Source of the DNA: Phoronis australis
Lineage: Eukaryota; Animalia; Phoronida
Assembly: GCA_002633005.1 (NCBI GenBank)
Contig: NMRA01000006.1
Coordinates: 874,357-938,356 of the forward strand
DNA: 64,000 bases
Direction: 5' to 3'
The notes beneath the pieces were generated by a model. That model was not told where the DNA came from. It saw only the letters and a list, made by a program, of their open reading frames with translations, and did not search any database. Shown here in pieces: positions 40,201 to 53,700 of this stretch. The position numbers and the translations under genes are program-made. The number at the start of each line of letters is the position of its first letter. Positions within the stretch are counted from its first letter, which is position 1.

Positions 40201-42463
40201 TACGTACTCAATACACCCAGTGATTTTGAATGGATATATCAAACGGGTCCTAATCAAAATGCAAGTACACAGTGATATGCTGGCGGTACGGTACTCCACT
40301 CATTCACGCTTATTCACTATAGCTAGTGGCCCACTCGGTCGTTTTTATTTCGCCGGTGTGCCTCGCAGTAACAAGTGTGACATATTACCACCACCTGGTG
40401 TTTTTCTTTCTGTTCCCGTTGCCACAAGGAACGGTCGCCAACACTGCAGGACAAGTATGCACACCTGTATAGTTCCAATGGAATGGCTTGCTCGGCTATG
40501 ATTCTTGAGACCTCAGCCATTCAAGATATATATGTTCACATACTGGGAACTACTTGCACATAACCGTGGGTGTAATTGGGCATAAACTTGCTTGTTTATG
40601 TGTGTTTACCATCTGAATTCTTGATACATGCGCACTTGAAAATCATAACCACAGTAAATTCCAACATAAATTCCAGTAGTACTATTAACCCACTGCGTAT
40701 CTAAAATAATCTTGATTTTGTACCCTTACTATCGTAAAATTACATCAACATGTTTCTTACTCAAATTAGAATAAGTTGCCGACACGAAAACATGTTCGTA
40801 TCATAAAATGAGCAGCCTGGGCGAGTCACTTTGTTTTACTTAGTTTCTAATCTTAGCAAGGAACAGGTTGAGCTCGTTTTATAATCGTAACTGGCTTAAA
40901 TCAACAATTACTTTTGTCAGAAGGCACGTTCATAGACCATCTGAAACGATACAGAATATTTAGAAATTACAAGATGATATGCGAAGCTTAACTAAGATAA
41001 TATAGGGGCAGCTTTAAAAAACGAATTACATTTGAAGCCAAATTATTATACGGGAAATTCGTGAAAACGTCAACTCAGAGACAAAAAAAAATAAATTGCG
41101 ACAATATTAACGTGCCTAATCTCCTCTGAAATACCAGCCTCTCTAGTTGCAGGACCTGTATTTGAATTTCCTATCACTTAAAATGTTTTTGATCCCAATT
41201 TAGTCGTATTGTTTACTGGAATGACCGAGGTCTCGATTTTTGACGACTTGGTTTTTGGTCTGAATAGGGCTTGCTAATTTTTTCCAGGCACTCGATTGTA
41301 CCTAATAGAATATAGAGATAGAATTTTTCAAGTTTTGTACAAAGAAAACCTATCACGTATATGACAGCTCCGACTTACCCCGCACCGAACTTTGAAAAAA
41401 ACACAATCACGTGACTATTAAAGAGCAAAGCGTTATTTTATTTTCCTGCGCACAGTAAGTGTCTGTGACCACCAAGGATTTGAAAAATAAATGGTTTCGT
41501 GGGTTGATGAGTTGTATAAAAGATATTTTAAGAAGTGTGAGCTTTGTTAAAGAAGGTATCCAATTAACTTAAAAGTCAAATGTCCGCAATGTGCAGAGAA
41601 AAAAGATAAAAATCGATGCATGCTTTGAAAGACACCAATGAGACCTAACAATTAATGCATTAATTAATTTTCTAGGTTGAAACACTATTTCCCAACTAAC
41701 CAAAACGTTCTCTGATTGTACGTCCGTCAGCTACAATTGCCCTATGTTTCGATGTCAAATCTCGCAGGCGGTAATCACCATTAAAGTAACCTAATAAAAA
41801 TCAAACATTTACTGGCTACCACACTCGCATTCGGAGAGAGGCACTGGAGTCCGGCCCTGTCCCCAATGAAGTCACATCTCACTATAGGCAAGCCTACATT
41901 CACCCAGCAGAAAAATGTTTTTAACTGCCCTTTTCATTGAAAAGTTGATCTAAAACGTTTCGACATTTCGATTTTCTTTTGAGTGTATTTTACACAACCA
42001 TTTCTAAATATATTTTGGTTATTGAATGTTTTCTCACATAAGTACCCCAAAACCAAAAATTTTTCATACGGTATACATCAATATCATTCGCATCAATTTC
42101 CAGCCCCGAAAAAGCAACGACATTTCTTACCTGCAAGGTCAGAAACACACTCCTAGTTTTTCCGTAAAAATAGATTACCCTCTCTGGTTCCAGCTGAAAC
42201 CCAAGTTGAAGTCCTATGACGGACAAAATAACATAAAACTAACTGTACAAAATGTACTAATACTTTACCCTGGTGCGACTGTGCCTTTGTCACGCGAGTA
42301 TCGCCAAGTTCACTTTAAGAAGTTATTTTATAACGGAAGTCCGTGAGCGCCTGAGCTGTTGACACGTGACATTTAATTGTTCTGTATTCCTTGTAACCAG
42401 CACGAGTAAGACAATAACAATCCAAGAAAGTTCAAAACATTGTCATAAAATTGAAGAGACCGG

Positions 42464-45400
42464 TAATTCGAAACAGCTGAAAACTTCAGGCTGAAGAGTT
42501 ACGCCGTCTGAGGCGCACACTATATGTGGAAAAGAAAACCTCGGGGGTTCTCTTCCACGAAACACGTGGAGATGTGTCGCCGCAAACGCAAAAAGAGACC
42601 AAAGCGAAGTACATGAACAATCGGAAAACCAGAACGAGGAACAAGCGATGGAAAACCTCGGAGACAATACCACTTTTAGTACAGACCCCCGGTTGCCACA
42701 AGTAGGCCTAATTCGTTTACCCACCCGATACGATTCCATCGAAAACACAAAACCAAAATACCCACCATGGGCGATACCCAAGAAGGTGAAATACTCAACC
42801 GATCTGAGTTGCTCAGCACATTCCTGTCAACCCCTCCGGGCGGAAAACAGTACAGACGCTGCCACGTTCCTGAAAAGGAATGTCAGTTCAAAAACAAACG
42901 AGTTCCGGTAGCTACTAAGAACTACAAAACCCTTCATACTCAACGAGGTATGCACTGGCAAATAAATTAACGAGCCCCCCATTTGGCGAAGTGGGCAAAA
43001 AGGTCCGACTCGGAGAAACAAAAAGTCCTAGAAAACGAGACAAAAGTCCTCTAAAAAGACACAGACGCACAGTTGAAGGGTAGTGCCGGTTTTTTTTTTG
43101 TCCTCCCGACGTTTTGTCAGGAAAAGGTCCACAGCTACAGAAATTCGAGCCCCCGTTTTCAAGGCTGGGTGCGCGCATGAGACTACATCATCCAGTCATT
43201 GAAAAGAAAGTAATAGATACACGTGCTTATTTAGTAGTCTACTGTTTATCATTTATTACAACCCTCTTTAACGAAATTAATAGCATTCCTTTGGCATTCG
43301 TCGACCTTCACCATTCACAAACGAGCACCACTTGTAATCGGCGTACTCAAGCCCGGGCAAAAATCTGATATAACGTGTCCGTATTTTAAGAACCAATTTG
43401 ATGCCCGTTATTTAGTGAAGAAAACTGGTTCTCAAAATTCGGGCACGTTATATCAGACCATTACCCACGCCCGGGAGTGAACCAGGAGAATCTACACATT
43501 ATAATTTCTAATGATGCAATGAATTTAAATTGTGCCTGTGTGGCCGGGGAACTCCGTCGTGACTCGAGGTTAAAAACCACAAGACAATCCTTCAATTGTT
43601 AAGTCATCACCTGGCCATCTCTATTGGTTTGGAAGGAAACATTCAGATATTTCGATTGATCGAGAGTTGAGAAATGTCCTCGTGTGAGTTAGCGGTAACA
43701 GCAAACTAATTCGAATAACGCCAGTAAAACAAAAGAACCACTCAGCAATACTTTTCTCGCTCATTCCCGGTTTAAACAAAGACATACTCGCTGATACCCG
43801 CACACGGCATGGGATATTCCGATCACAATTGTGAAAACATCAGCCTTACAGAGTACTAATGGCGCCGTAACATCATACCGTATGATCAAAATTTCAAGAA
43901 AAAAAAAAACAACAGAAAACACGTCGTGGTATGAGGTGAATTTCCAGAATGTCCACGGTACGGGATCCAAACTTTTTAATCGAAATCGAAATTATCTTTT
44001 TGCAGTTTCTATCCTACTTTTGTACCAGCCCAGGACTAAGTGCTCAACGATGGTCTGCGTGGTGAACTGTCTGACCCTAGTTTGCACGTCATAACCCCAG
44101 CATTAAAGTCCTGTAGGACTCTAGAAAAATGTCCAAATTTGATTAACTTCGTTACATCATATCTCTATGCTTTATACGCCGTTCTGCAAAACGATGCTAA
44201 AACTTTTTAAAGTGCTCCGCTATTGCACTAGGGGCTATCAAAACAGGACATTTATGATTTTCAAAAAATATCTAGAACCACAGGTAACGTCATCCTTCAA
44301 TTGTTTTGGTTCTCGAACATGGCGTTCCTAAATGTACGTAACACCGCGGATCCAATATTGTTTAGAACTGCTCCAATGATTATCTTGAGACTCGATTTAC
44401 AAAGATTTTAAGTTTGCAATTTTTACTTGACCCAACTAACGTTGCATGGAACTTTAAATAACCACACCCAAGTTTTTTACCACTTTTGATTAGTTGTGAA
44501 TCAACACCAGACAAAATTTTTTAATTTTTCATGACGTTTTGTAATTTTTCGCAAACCCATCCAGGTAAGACATTCGATTGACGATGTTCCAAACTGTTCT
44601 AGGGACACTAAATTGTTCAGTAATTGCCGTTAGAGAAAGCAAGGTCAAGTGTTTATAGAATTTCTCTACCAGGACCAAATATCCTTCATTACTACATATA
44701 ACACAAAAATTGTATTCAATTTGAATTACAATCATCTCACTCCCTGGTCTGTTTTTAGTTAGTGGCGCAATTTTTCCTGGTAGCTCTTTTTCAAAAAAGA
44801 AAATCCACTCAGATGAGTAAATGATGCGGATTTTTGGCAGAAATTGATGCCAGCCGGCATTTTTCCGTGGGTGAGTATAGGTCTCAAAATGAGTCAGGGT
44901 AGAGGCCAGAAGCAACTATGCTTTTTCACCTTATATNTAATTCGAAACAGCTGAAAACTTCAGGATGAAGAGTTACGCCGTCTGAGGCGCACACTAACTA
45001 TATGTGGAAAAGAAAACCTCGGGGGTTCTCTTCCACGAAACACCTGGAGATGTGTCGCCGCAAACGCAAAAAGCAGACCAAAGCGAAGTACATGAACAAT
45101 CGGAAAACCAGAACGAGGAACAAGCGACGGAAAACCTCGGATACAATACCACTTTTAGTACAGACCCCCGGTTGCCACAAGTAGGCCTAATTCGTTTACC
45201 CACCCGATACGATTCCATCGAAAACACAAAACCAAAATACCCACCATGGGCGATACCCGAGAAGGTGAAATACTCAACCGATCTGAGTTGCTCAGCACAT
45301 TCCTGTCAACCCCTCCGGGCGGAAAACAGTACAGACGCTGCCACGTTCCTGAAAAGGAATGTCAGTTCAAAAACAAACGAGTTCCGGTAGTTAAGAACTA

Positions 45401-47403
45401 CAAAACCCTTCATACTCAACGAGGTATGCACTGGCAAATAAATTAACGAGCCCCCCACTTGGCGAAGTGGGCAAAAAAAGAAAAGGAGAAACAAAAAGTC
45501 CGAGAAAACGAGACAAAAGTCCTCTAAAAAGACACAGACGCACAGTTGAAGGGTAGTACCGTTTTTTTTTTTAGTCCTCCCGACGTTTTGTCAGGAAAAG
45601 GTCCACAGCTACAGAAATCCGAGCCCCCGTTTTCAAGGCTGGGTGCGCGCATGAGACTACCTCATCCAGTCATTGAAAAGAAAGTAATAGATACACGTGC
45701 TTATTTAGTAGTCTACTGTTTATCATTTATTACAACCCTCTTTAACGAAATTAATAGCATTCCTTTGGCATTCGTCGACCTCCACCATTCACAAACGAGC
45801 ACCACTTGTAATCGGCGTACTCACGCCCGGGCAAAAGTCTGATATAACGTGTCCGTATTTTGAGAACCAGTTTGATGCCCGTTATTTAGTGAAGAAAACT
45901 GGTTCTCAAAATTCGGGCACGTTATATCAGACCATTACCCACGCCAGGGAGTGAACCAGGAGAATCTACACATTATAATTTCTAATGATGCAATGAATTT
46001 AAATTGTGCCTGTGTGGCCGGGGAACTCCGTCGTGACTCGAGGTTAAAAACCACAAGACAATCCTTCAAATGTTAAGTTATCACCTGGCCATCTCTATTG
46101 GTTTGGAAGGAAACATTCAGATATTTCGATTGATCGAGAGTTGAGAAATGTCCTCGTGTGAGTTAGCGGCAACAGCAAACTAATTGGAATAACGCCAGTA
46201 AAACAAAAGAACCACTCAGCAATACTTTTCTCGCTCATTCCCGGTTTAAACAAAGACATACTCGCTGATACCCGCACACGGCATGGGATATTCCGATCAC
46301 AATTGTGAAAACATCAGCCTTACAGAGTACTAATGGCGCCGTAACATCATACCGTATGATCAAAATTTCAAGAAAAAAAAAAACAACAGAAAACACGTCG
46401 TGGTATGAGGTGAATTTCCAGAATGTCCACGGTACGGGATCCAAACTTTTTAATCGAAATCGAAATTATCTTTTTGCAGTTTCTATCCTACTTTTGTACC
46501 AGCCCAGGACTAAGTGCTCAACGATGGTCTGCGTGGTGAACTGTCTGACCCTAGTTTGCACGTCATAACCCCAGCATTAAAGTCCTGTAGGACTCTAGAA
46601 AAATGTCCAAATTTGATTAACTTCGTTACATCATATCTCTATGCTTTATACGCCGTTCTGCAAAACGATGCTAAAACTTTTTAAAGTGCTCCGCTATTGC
46701 ACTAGGGGCTATCAAAACAGGACATTTATGATTTTCAAAAAATATCTAGAACCACAGGTAACGTCATCCTTCAATTGTTTTGGTTCTCGAACATGGCGTT
46801 CCTAAATGTACGTAACACCGCGGATCCAATATTGTTTAGAACTGCTCCAATGATTATCTTGAGACTCGATTTACAAAGATTTTATGTTTGCAATTTTTAC
46901 TTGACCCAACTAACGTTGCATGGAACTTTAAATAACCACACCCAAGTTTTTTACCACTTTTGATTAGTTGTGAATCAACACCAGACAAAATTTTTAATTT
47001 TTCATGACCTTTTGTAATTTTTCGCAAACCCATCCAGGTAAGACATTCGATTGACAATGTTCCAAACTGTTCTAGGGACACTAAATTGTTCAGTAATTGC
47101 CGTTAGAGAAAGCAAGGTCAGGTGTTTAAGGGATTTCTCTATCAGGACCAAATATCCTTCATTACTACATATAACACAAAAATTATATTCAATTTGAATT
47201 ACAATCATCTCACTCCCTGGTCTGAGTTAGTGGCGCAATTTTTTCTTGGTAGCTCTTTTTCAAAAAAAAATCCACTCAGACCAGTAAATGATGCGGATTT
47301 TTGGCAAAAATTGATGCCAGCCGGCATTTTTCCGTGGGTGAGTGTAGGTCTCAAAATGAGTTAGGGTAGAGGCCAGAAGCAACTATGCTTTTTCACCTTA
47401 TAT
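42464..47403. repeat. ~2.47-kb direct duplication (42464-44936 and 44938-47403) joined at N44937; probable two-haplotype overlap
   Basis: Copies differ only by scattered substitutions and small indels; the junction is a single N. Confidence 0.9.
43348..43479. repeat. ~130-bp palindromic mini-element (second copy ~45821-45953)
   Basis: tctgatataacgtgtccgtattttaagaacca ... tggttctcaaaattcgggcacgttatatcaga, flanked by cccggg arms. Confidence 0.7.
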
Positions 47404-47721
47404 ACACTGCAACACAGTATCAAGGATGCATTGTTAACTTCTGTACACGGACTTAAAGCAAAGAATAACAACAGTACACTTGAAGAAAGTCTATTTTCCA
47501 AAATTATTCATATGAGCATTAAATAAGATGACACCCGCCAATTTTAAAATGACTGAAAGTCTTTACATGAGACTTATCCACAAGGTGATAATAACAGTTT
47601 CATAAGTAAATCTGTTCTGGGCCAATTGCAAACTGAGTCCTGTTGATCAAGTTTCCGATAGATTTCTTTGATGAAGCAGCTTTGCAGGACAGGTTTCTCT
47701 TTACAGTTCAGATCAACCACC

Positions 47722-47751
47722 TCAAAAGTCTTGAGCGCCCCAGGCAGGTGC
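47722..47751 (-). CDS. EIF3E: EIF3E terminal coding exon
   Basis: tttcttcattatag|GCA CCT GCC TGG GGC GCT CAA GAC TTT TGA = APAWGAQDF*, matching vertebrate APNWATQDSGFY; phase 0 as required. Confidence 0.85.
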   Translation of the reverse strand, partial: APAWGAQDF

Positions 47752-50700
47752 CTATAATGAAGAAACCTGGTAACATCATCATTGACAGTTAGCATTCTTT
47801 GCAATGGGCGACCCAACATTCATTAGATGGTAATAATGGAGAAATATTCTTCAAGTAGAATTTCAATAAAGAACAAAAATCTGTTCATAAAACATGGGAG
47901 AATTTGTGGCGTAAATGTACATGGAGATAACCCGACCACATGTATTTGTGGTGCAAGTGTAACCTGAAATAACTCGAGCACACGTATTTGTGGTCTAAGT
48001 GTACACTGAGGTACCATTATCACACACATTTGTGGCGCAAGTGTACCATGAGATAACCAGAGAGCATGCATTTATCTCTAGTGCCACCTACAGTATACAC
48101 CAAAGGACACAATGACTTGCAAATCCCTGTCAGGATGTCCATGGAGAAACTGAATTCATGGGTCACAACAGCCTTCTCATGAGCAGAACGAAGGATAATT
48201 ACCAGGAAAGTCAGAAACTGTGCCAAACCACTAACCACTTTTACTGCCCTAATAATCATTACCAGCCACCCAGTAGTTTGTACTGTAGTAAATCCCAAGC
48301 TCCGCATAACAAAAAGTGTAATAACATTTTTCACGAGTTGAGAAATTTTCTAGAGATAACCCTAAAAACATTCATCTGAACTAATTTCACACAGTCAAAC
48401 TCTGATCATTACCAGACAAAAACAACATACTTCAGGGCAGAACCAAGGCCAGCTATGCCCAGAGGATATTAATTGAAGCCAAATACAGTAACCACTGTCC
48501 CCTGTTACCCCAGTTAGCTTCTGGTAATTTTCACTGATTTTGACAAAAATAATTTGCCAAATTTGTCATTTTTCCTATTTTCAAAGGCTGATTACCTTGT
48601 TGCTGTGGTAACTTTTACCAAATGTTGTTTTAAGACATCTACACAATATAAGCCATGCTAGTAATACACTAAGCAATTTTCAACTCTATTTTCGTCCAGA
48701 AATTTGCAAAACCAGAATTCCACTTGTCGGCCACGTTGTGAAGAATTACTGTAACCACTTTGTTTAACATATGTTGTTATCCATTTCCTTGTTGGTGATA
48801 CTACCAGACACGAGCTTACTAATTTGATATAACACAAAACAGTGTTAACAGGTGTGCAGAGCACAAAATTAATTCAATTTCTAAAGCAATTTCACAAACC
48901 ACGCTGTCTGCCTCTGGCACGCCATGTAGCTACAGGCCACTTGATTTACTTGCCAAGTGTATGAAAGTATTTATTGCTAGAGCAGGGACGTGAAACTAGA
49001 TTAGACTTTGCGTTAAATGTAATGCGCCATTAAATGGGGTATTCTAAATGTTGAGGCTGTGATTTGTTTGATGAGTACAAACATTTACAAGACAGTTGAA
49101 CTAGTTAGCTTTACAAGTCATAACCTTTGTTTGAGTTTGGTGCAGTGTTGTCGTTAATTAGTCATTTATGGAAGACGGGAGTGATAAAACGCCTCATTGG
49201 CAATTATGACAGTCTGAAGGCAAGTGATCAGGTCTTGGTTAGCCCAGTCTTGGTTAGCCCAGTCTTGGTTAGCCCAGTCTTGGTTAGCCCAGTAGATTCT
49301 TACACTGACAACACATAGTTCCTTTCCCCACCAGACCAACATCTTTCATGCGACTTGGCAGATAGATAGACAGATGGAAAAACAACAGTCACTAAAGAGC
49401 CCAGCACTTGTCCGATTTTTTGGACCATTAAGGGGGACTACTCACAATGCAATGCAAACATAAGCAGTAAAACTTATCAAAATCCTCCACTCAGGTTAGT
49501 AAACCGAGAGACGGACACAAAAAATAAAAGGGTCACTATAAGGGGGAGCATCAGTCAGTCGTTTGAAATACAGCAGTTTTCCTCTCAGTTACAAAAAGAC
49601 AGTACATATCAAAAGTAGTTGGACTAATACCACTTTAGACACAGTCACCACCATTCCAGCCACTCTGATGGTAACAGTAATTCATGTAGATATCAGGCTA
49701 TTAGGGGACACTGCAGTAGTTGGATTTGGGCAATAGCCACAGGGTTCTTGATTTTGAGAACCAATAATCAATAAAGGAAACTGGTTCTCACAGTGTGGCC
49801 CAGGTGTAAGCGGTTGTTACCTGAATTTGTCCAAAACCACTTCAATTGTCCTCTCAATAGAAACAAATGCTAACTTTCATCAAGATCCATCACGGAACTT
49901 AGTAAATATTGAGCCACAGGCAAAAATACAAAATTGTGACTAGGGGGTGCCACAGCAGCTGGACACATTCCAAAATCCTAATTAGAAATGCTCTTCCCAG
50001 GGTACACATATGCCAATTTTCATGATGACCCTTAGAGTGGTTTGGCTGATATTGAGAGAGGCGGAGGCCGAAAACCAGACTTGACAACAGTAAAAATGGC
50101 CATTAGATGGCGCAAAGCTCTGAATCCATCTGACAACAAAATGCGTCATCAAATGTTAATAGATACCTGTTAAACCTGTCTGAAAATTAAAAGGCACGAT
50201 TGACTCTTTAAGAAAAACATATTTACGAATTTCACGAAAATCCATTCATGAACTCCGAAGACACAGAGGCAAACGCAAAAAATCAATTTGCCACTAGGGG
50301 GCACAGTGGTGGTCTGATCGGCCTGAAACTCATTAACGTCTATCGACAGCTCCCCAGTCACACATCTTTTCATTTTCATAAAGTTCCTACAAAGGGTAAT
50401 GGAGATATGGCTGCTGATGCAAAAAATTGTCACTAGGGGGTGCTACAGTAATTGAACCCGTCTGAATATCAACGTCAGCTGTGCACTTCTCATTAGGAAC
50501 ACATCTGAAAATTTTCATGAATCTTTGAAAGAAAGGCAGATGACAGAACACGGACTGAACATAAATAACAAGAGCAATGTGGAGCGTTGAAATGCGCCCA
50601 TGAATGTATCGCAAATGGTGTGCTTTTAGGGTTATTTGTATCATAAAAATGGCCACTAGATGGCGCAAAAACGTACAACCCATCCAAAACGGGAACATGC

Positions 50701-53700
50701 CATATTTCATAAAAATCTGTCAAGGAACTTCAGAGAAACAAAGGAAAACAGAACAAAATGAAATTGCCACCTGTGAGCACAGTGTCCGTTCCATCCGCCT
50801 GAGTCGTCGTCTGTTATCTTCATATAAATTCACTTACTAAATTTAAGATCCTGTACCGGGTTTTGAAGATACAGCTGTGGGCGCAAAACAAAACAAAACT
50901 ACCACTAGGAGGCACCGCAGTAGTCAGTCACCATCATCAAACATCGTCTTCACACTGAAAACATGTACGCCAATTTTAAAAACCATCCCTAGAATGATTT
51001 GGTTGATCGAGGGGTGGACATCAAAAACAAAGATTTGAAAACAGCAAAAATGGCCACCAGGTGGTGCAAAATACCCCGATTCCATCCAAAAACAGGATGA
51101 TAGTGTCATCTCACCAATAGATGCCTATAATCAAAATTTTATGAAAATCTGTTGAGGACCTTTGAAGATACAGATTGATAAACATAAAAAACTAAAATTG
51201 CCACTAGAAGTTTGATCCGTCCGAAAGTCGTCGTTGTCCACTGTCAACATCATATAAATACACTTGCTAAATTAAGTAAAGAACCTACGAACGGTTTAAT
51301 AGATACAGCCATGAGTGCAAAAACAACAAAACTGCCACTAGGAGGCACCACAGTAGTTGAACTCGTCGGAAAATCGTCGTCAGCCATCCCCTTCATAGTA
51401 AACACATACATGCAAATTTCCACAATTATCCTGAAAGCCGTTTGGTTGATAGATGAGTGGACGCCAAAATCAGTAAAAATGGCCACTAGGTGGCGCAAAG
51501 TAGGTCGAATCCATCTGAAAACGAAGAGATAGCATCAACTCATTAACAGATGCATGTATGCCAAATTTTATGAAAATACGTTGAAGATCTTGGAACATAC
51601 GGAGGTAAACGTAAAAAAATAAAATTGCCAGTAGGTGGCACACCAGTAGTCAGATCCATCTGAAAGTCGTCGTCCTCCATTGTTAACATCATATCAATAC
51701 ACTTACTAAATTTAGTAAAGATCCTACGAATAGTTTAGGGGATACAGCCATAGGCGAAAAAAAAAACTGTCACTAGGAGGCGCTACAGTAGTTTAAGTCG
51801 CCAGAAAATCATCGTCAGCCGTCCACTTTATAGGTGGCACTGAATAGTTAGGTTGTGGCCGCGGCCAATTTGCACTCCCAAAATGTTAAAATCTAGGGCT
51901 AGGCCAGGCTTGGGGGCATTTTTCAGTTAGGTATTGTGTGTAGGCCAAGTGAATGTTTTTTTTTGTTGTATTTGTGAACATGCTGGGAATGAAAAAAGGC
52001 CAGTTTCTCAGCTGTAGCTGCACTCTTCTTCAAGATGGTGGCCCCCTGTTGCAGTTGTGCATTGCTGTGTAGCAACTGAGAAATTGGCCGCGATTTCAGG
52101 TAGCCCTCAAACAAGCCAGATTTGCAAAAAAACTAGTTGGTTGACAGTAATTTTGGACCACATTTTTGGAATCGGTAGGAAATTTGCTTTCGGAATCTAA
52201 TGTTGGCTTTAGTCGAGCATAGGCAGGAAAATGGTGATTTTTGGGTGAAAAGTGCCGATTTTGCATTTTTTGCCCTCATTTTTCTTAGTTCAGCTTGGAT
52301 TCCACTGGGAGTGAATGGGTCAAAAATACAAGAGAGAATAATGTTTCTGTGCTCATCTGTAGGGCTTGTGATGTGAAATGACTCAAAACATTTCCTTATT
52401 TGCATGTAGTTTTTGACAAAGTGAAGAAAGGGTGAAGAGTGCAATGACGTGTGTTCTGACAGGTAAATCCCTGTGAGAACTGTTCTGTGCCTCCTATAGT
52501 AAGAACATAATGCCAATTTTCACAATCACCCTTTGAGCGGTTTGGTTGGTAGAGGGGTGGACGCAAAGAAACAGAATCGAAAACAGTAAAAATGGCCAAC
52601 GAAAACGGGAGGATAGCGTCATCTCCCTAATAGGTGCCTATATACCAAATTTTATGAAAATCCGTTCAGGACTTTTGAAGATACAGAGGTAAACATAAAA
52701 AACTAAAATTGCCACTAGGGGGCACACCGGTAGTCGGATCCGTCCGAAAGTTCGCTCATGCTGTCCCACCCACACAAGGAAAACATGTGCAAAATTTCAT
52801 GAACATACGTTAAGAAGGCGTTTTGGAGATAGAGCAGCGGACGCCGAACGGAGCTGACAGCATAATGCGTCCACATATAAATATGTGGGCGCATAAAAAT
52901 GGTCACTAGGTGGACCAAATATGTCAAATCCTTCCAAAAGTGGAATGGCATCACTGTCTCCTTTAAATATGAGCAACACTAGAAGTTGACGTGTGCCCAT
53001 GGTGCATCGCATACGATGTTTTTAAAGCGTTGCATGTATATATGTGGACACAGAAAAAGGACCCCGGGCGGTAGTTTGGACACCTCTGGGGCATATGAAC
53101 TACCAAGTTTGCTCGAGAAGGCTAACTCACCCCTGGCTCTTGTTTAATACCACGTTTCTCCAGGTTTGCATTGAGCATCTGAGAGCGGAAAGATAAACTC
53201 TTGGTTTTCTCAATCACCTGTTGATATGGCGACACTGCCTGTGTTCCCATGACAACGTGGCCCTACAAACAAATTACACAACTTAAGATGATCAGAATGG
53301 TGCTAAAAAAGCACTTCAAAAGAACTTGTTCACGATATGACCAGACACGTTTTCTAAGAACCCCAGTTGCCATACTTTTGGTACCTCCATGAATATTCAA
53401 AGTACTGCTCACATCACCGCAAAGTCAACAGATATCATTTGCCTTAGCTACAACTTCCAAACTTCTCATAATCATGCTACTCATATACAACACATATTAC
53501 AAAGTGAAGGAACTCACCAACTTAGAGTCTATCTTAGCATCTAACCGGGCATTGCGTATAAGGTTAACAATCCATCTTTCTGCATCATCCGGACTCATGT
53601 TCAACTTCTCTGCCAACATGCTAGAAACGGAGAAAAATACTTTATTTAACAGAAGCAAACCTCTGGCCCACATTGGGTTATTTAAAGAAAATCTCCATAA

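Noticed and set aside
42464-47403. 2.47-kb tandem duplication as LTR pair or true segmental duplication
   Set aside because: No internal domain, PBS or TSD; copies meet at a single N and differ like alleles.
49232-49293. 15-bp repeat reading (WANQD)x4 on the minus strand, resembling the eIF3e C-terminal WxxQD motif
   Set aside because: No pyrimidine-rich phase-0 acceptor in that frame; a much better terminal exon (APAWGAQDF*) exists at 47722-47751.
49789-49820. Alternative EIF3E last exon [10 protein letters not shown]
   Set aside because: Weak acceptor at the edge of the satellite array and poorer similarity than the 47751 exon.
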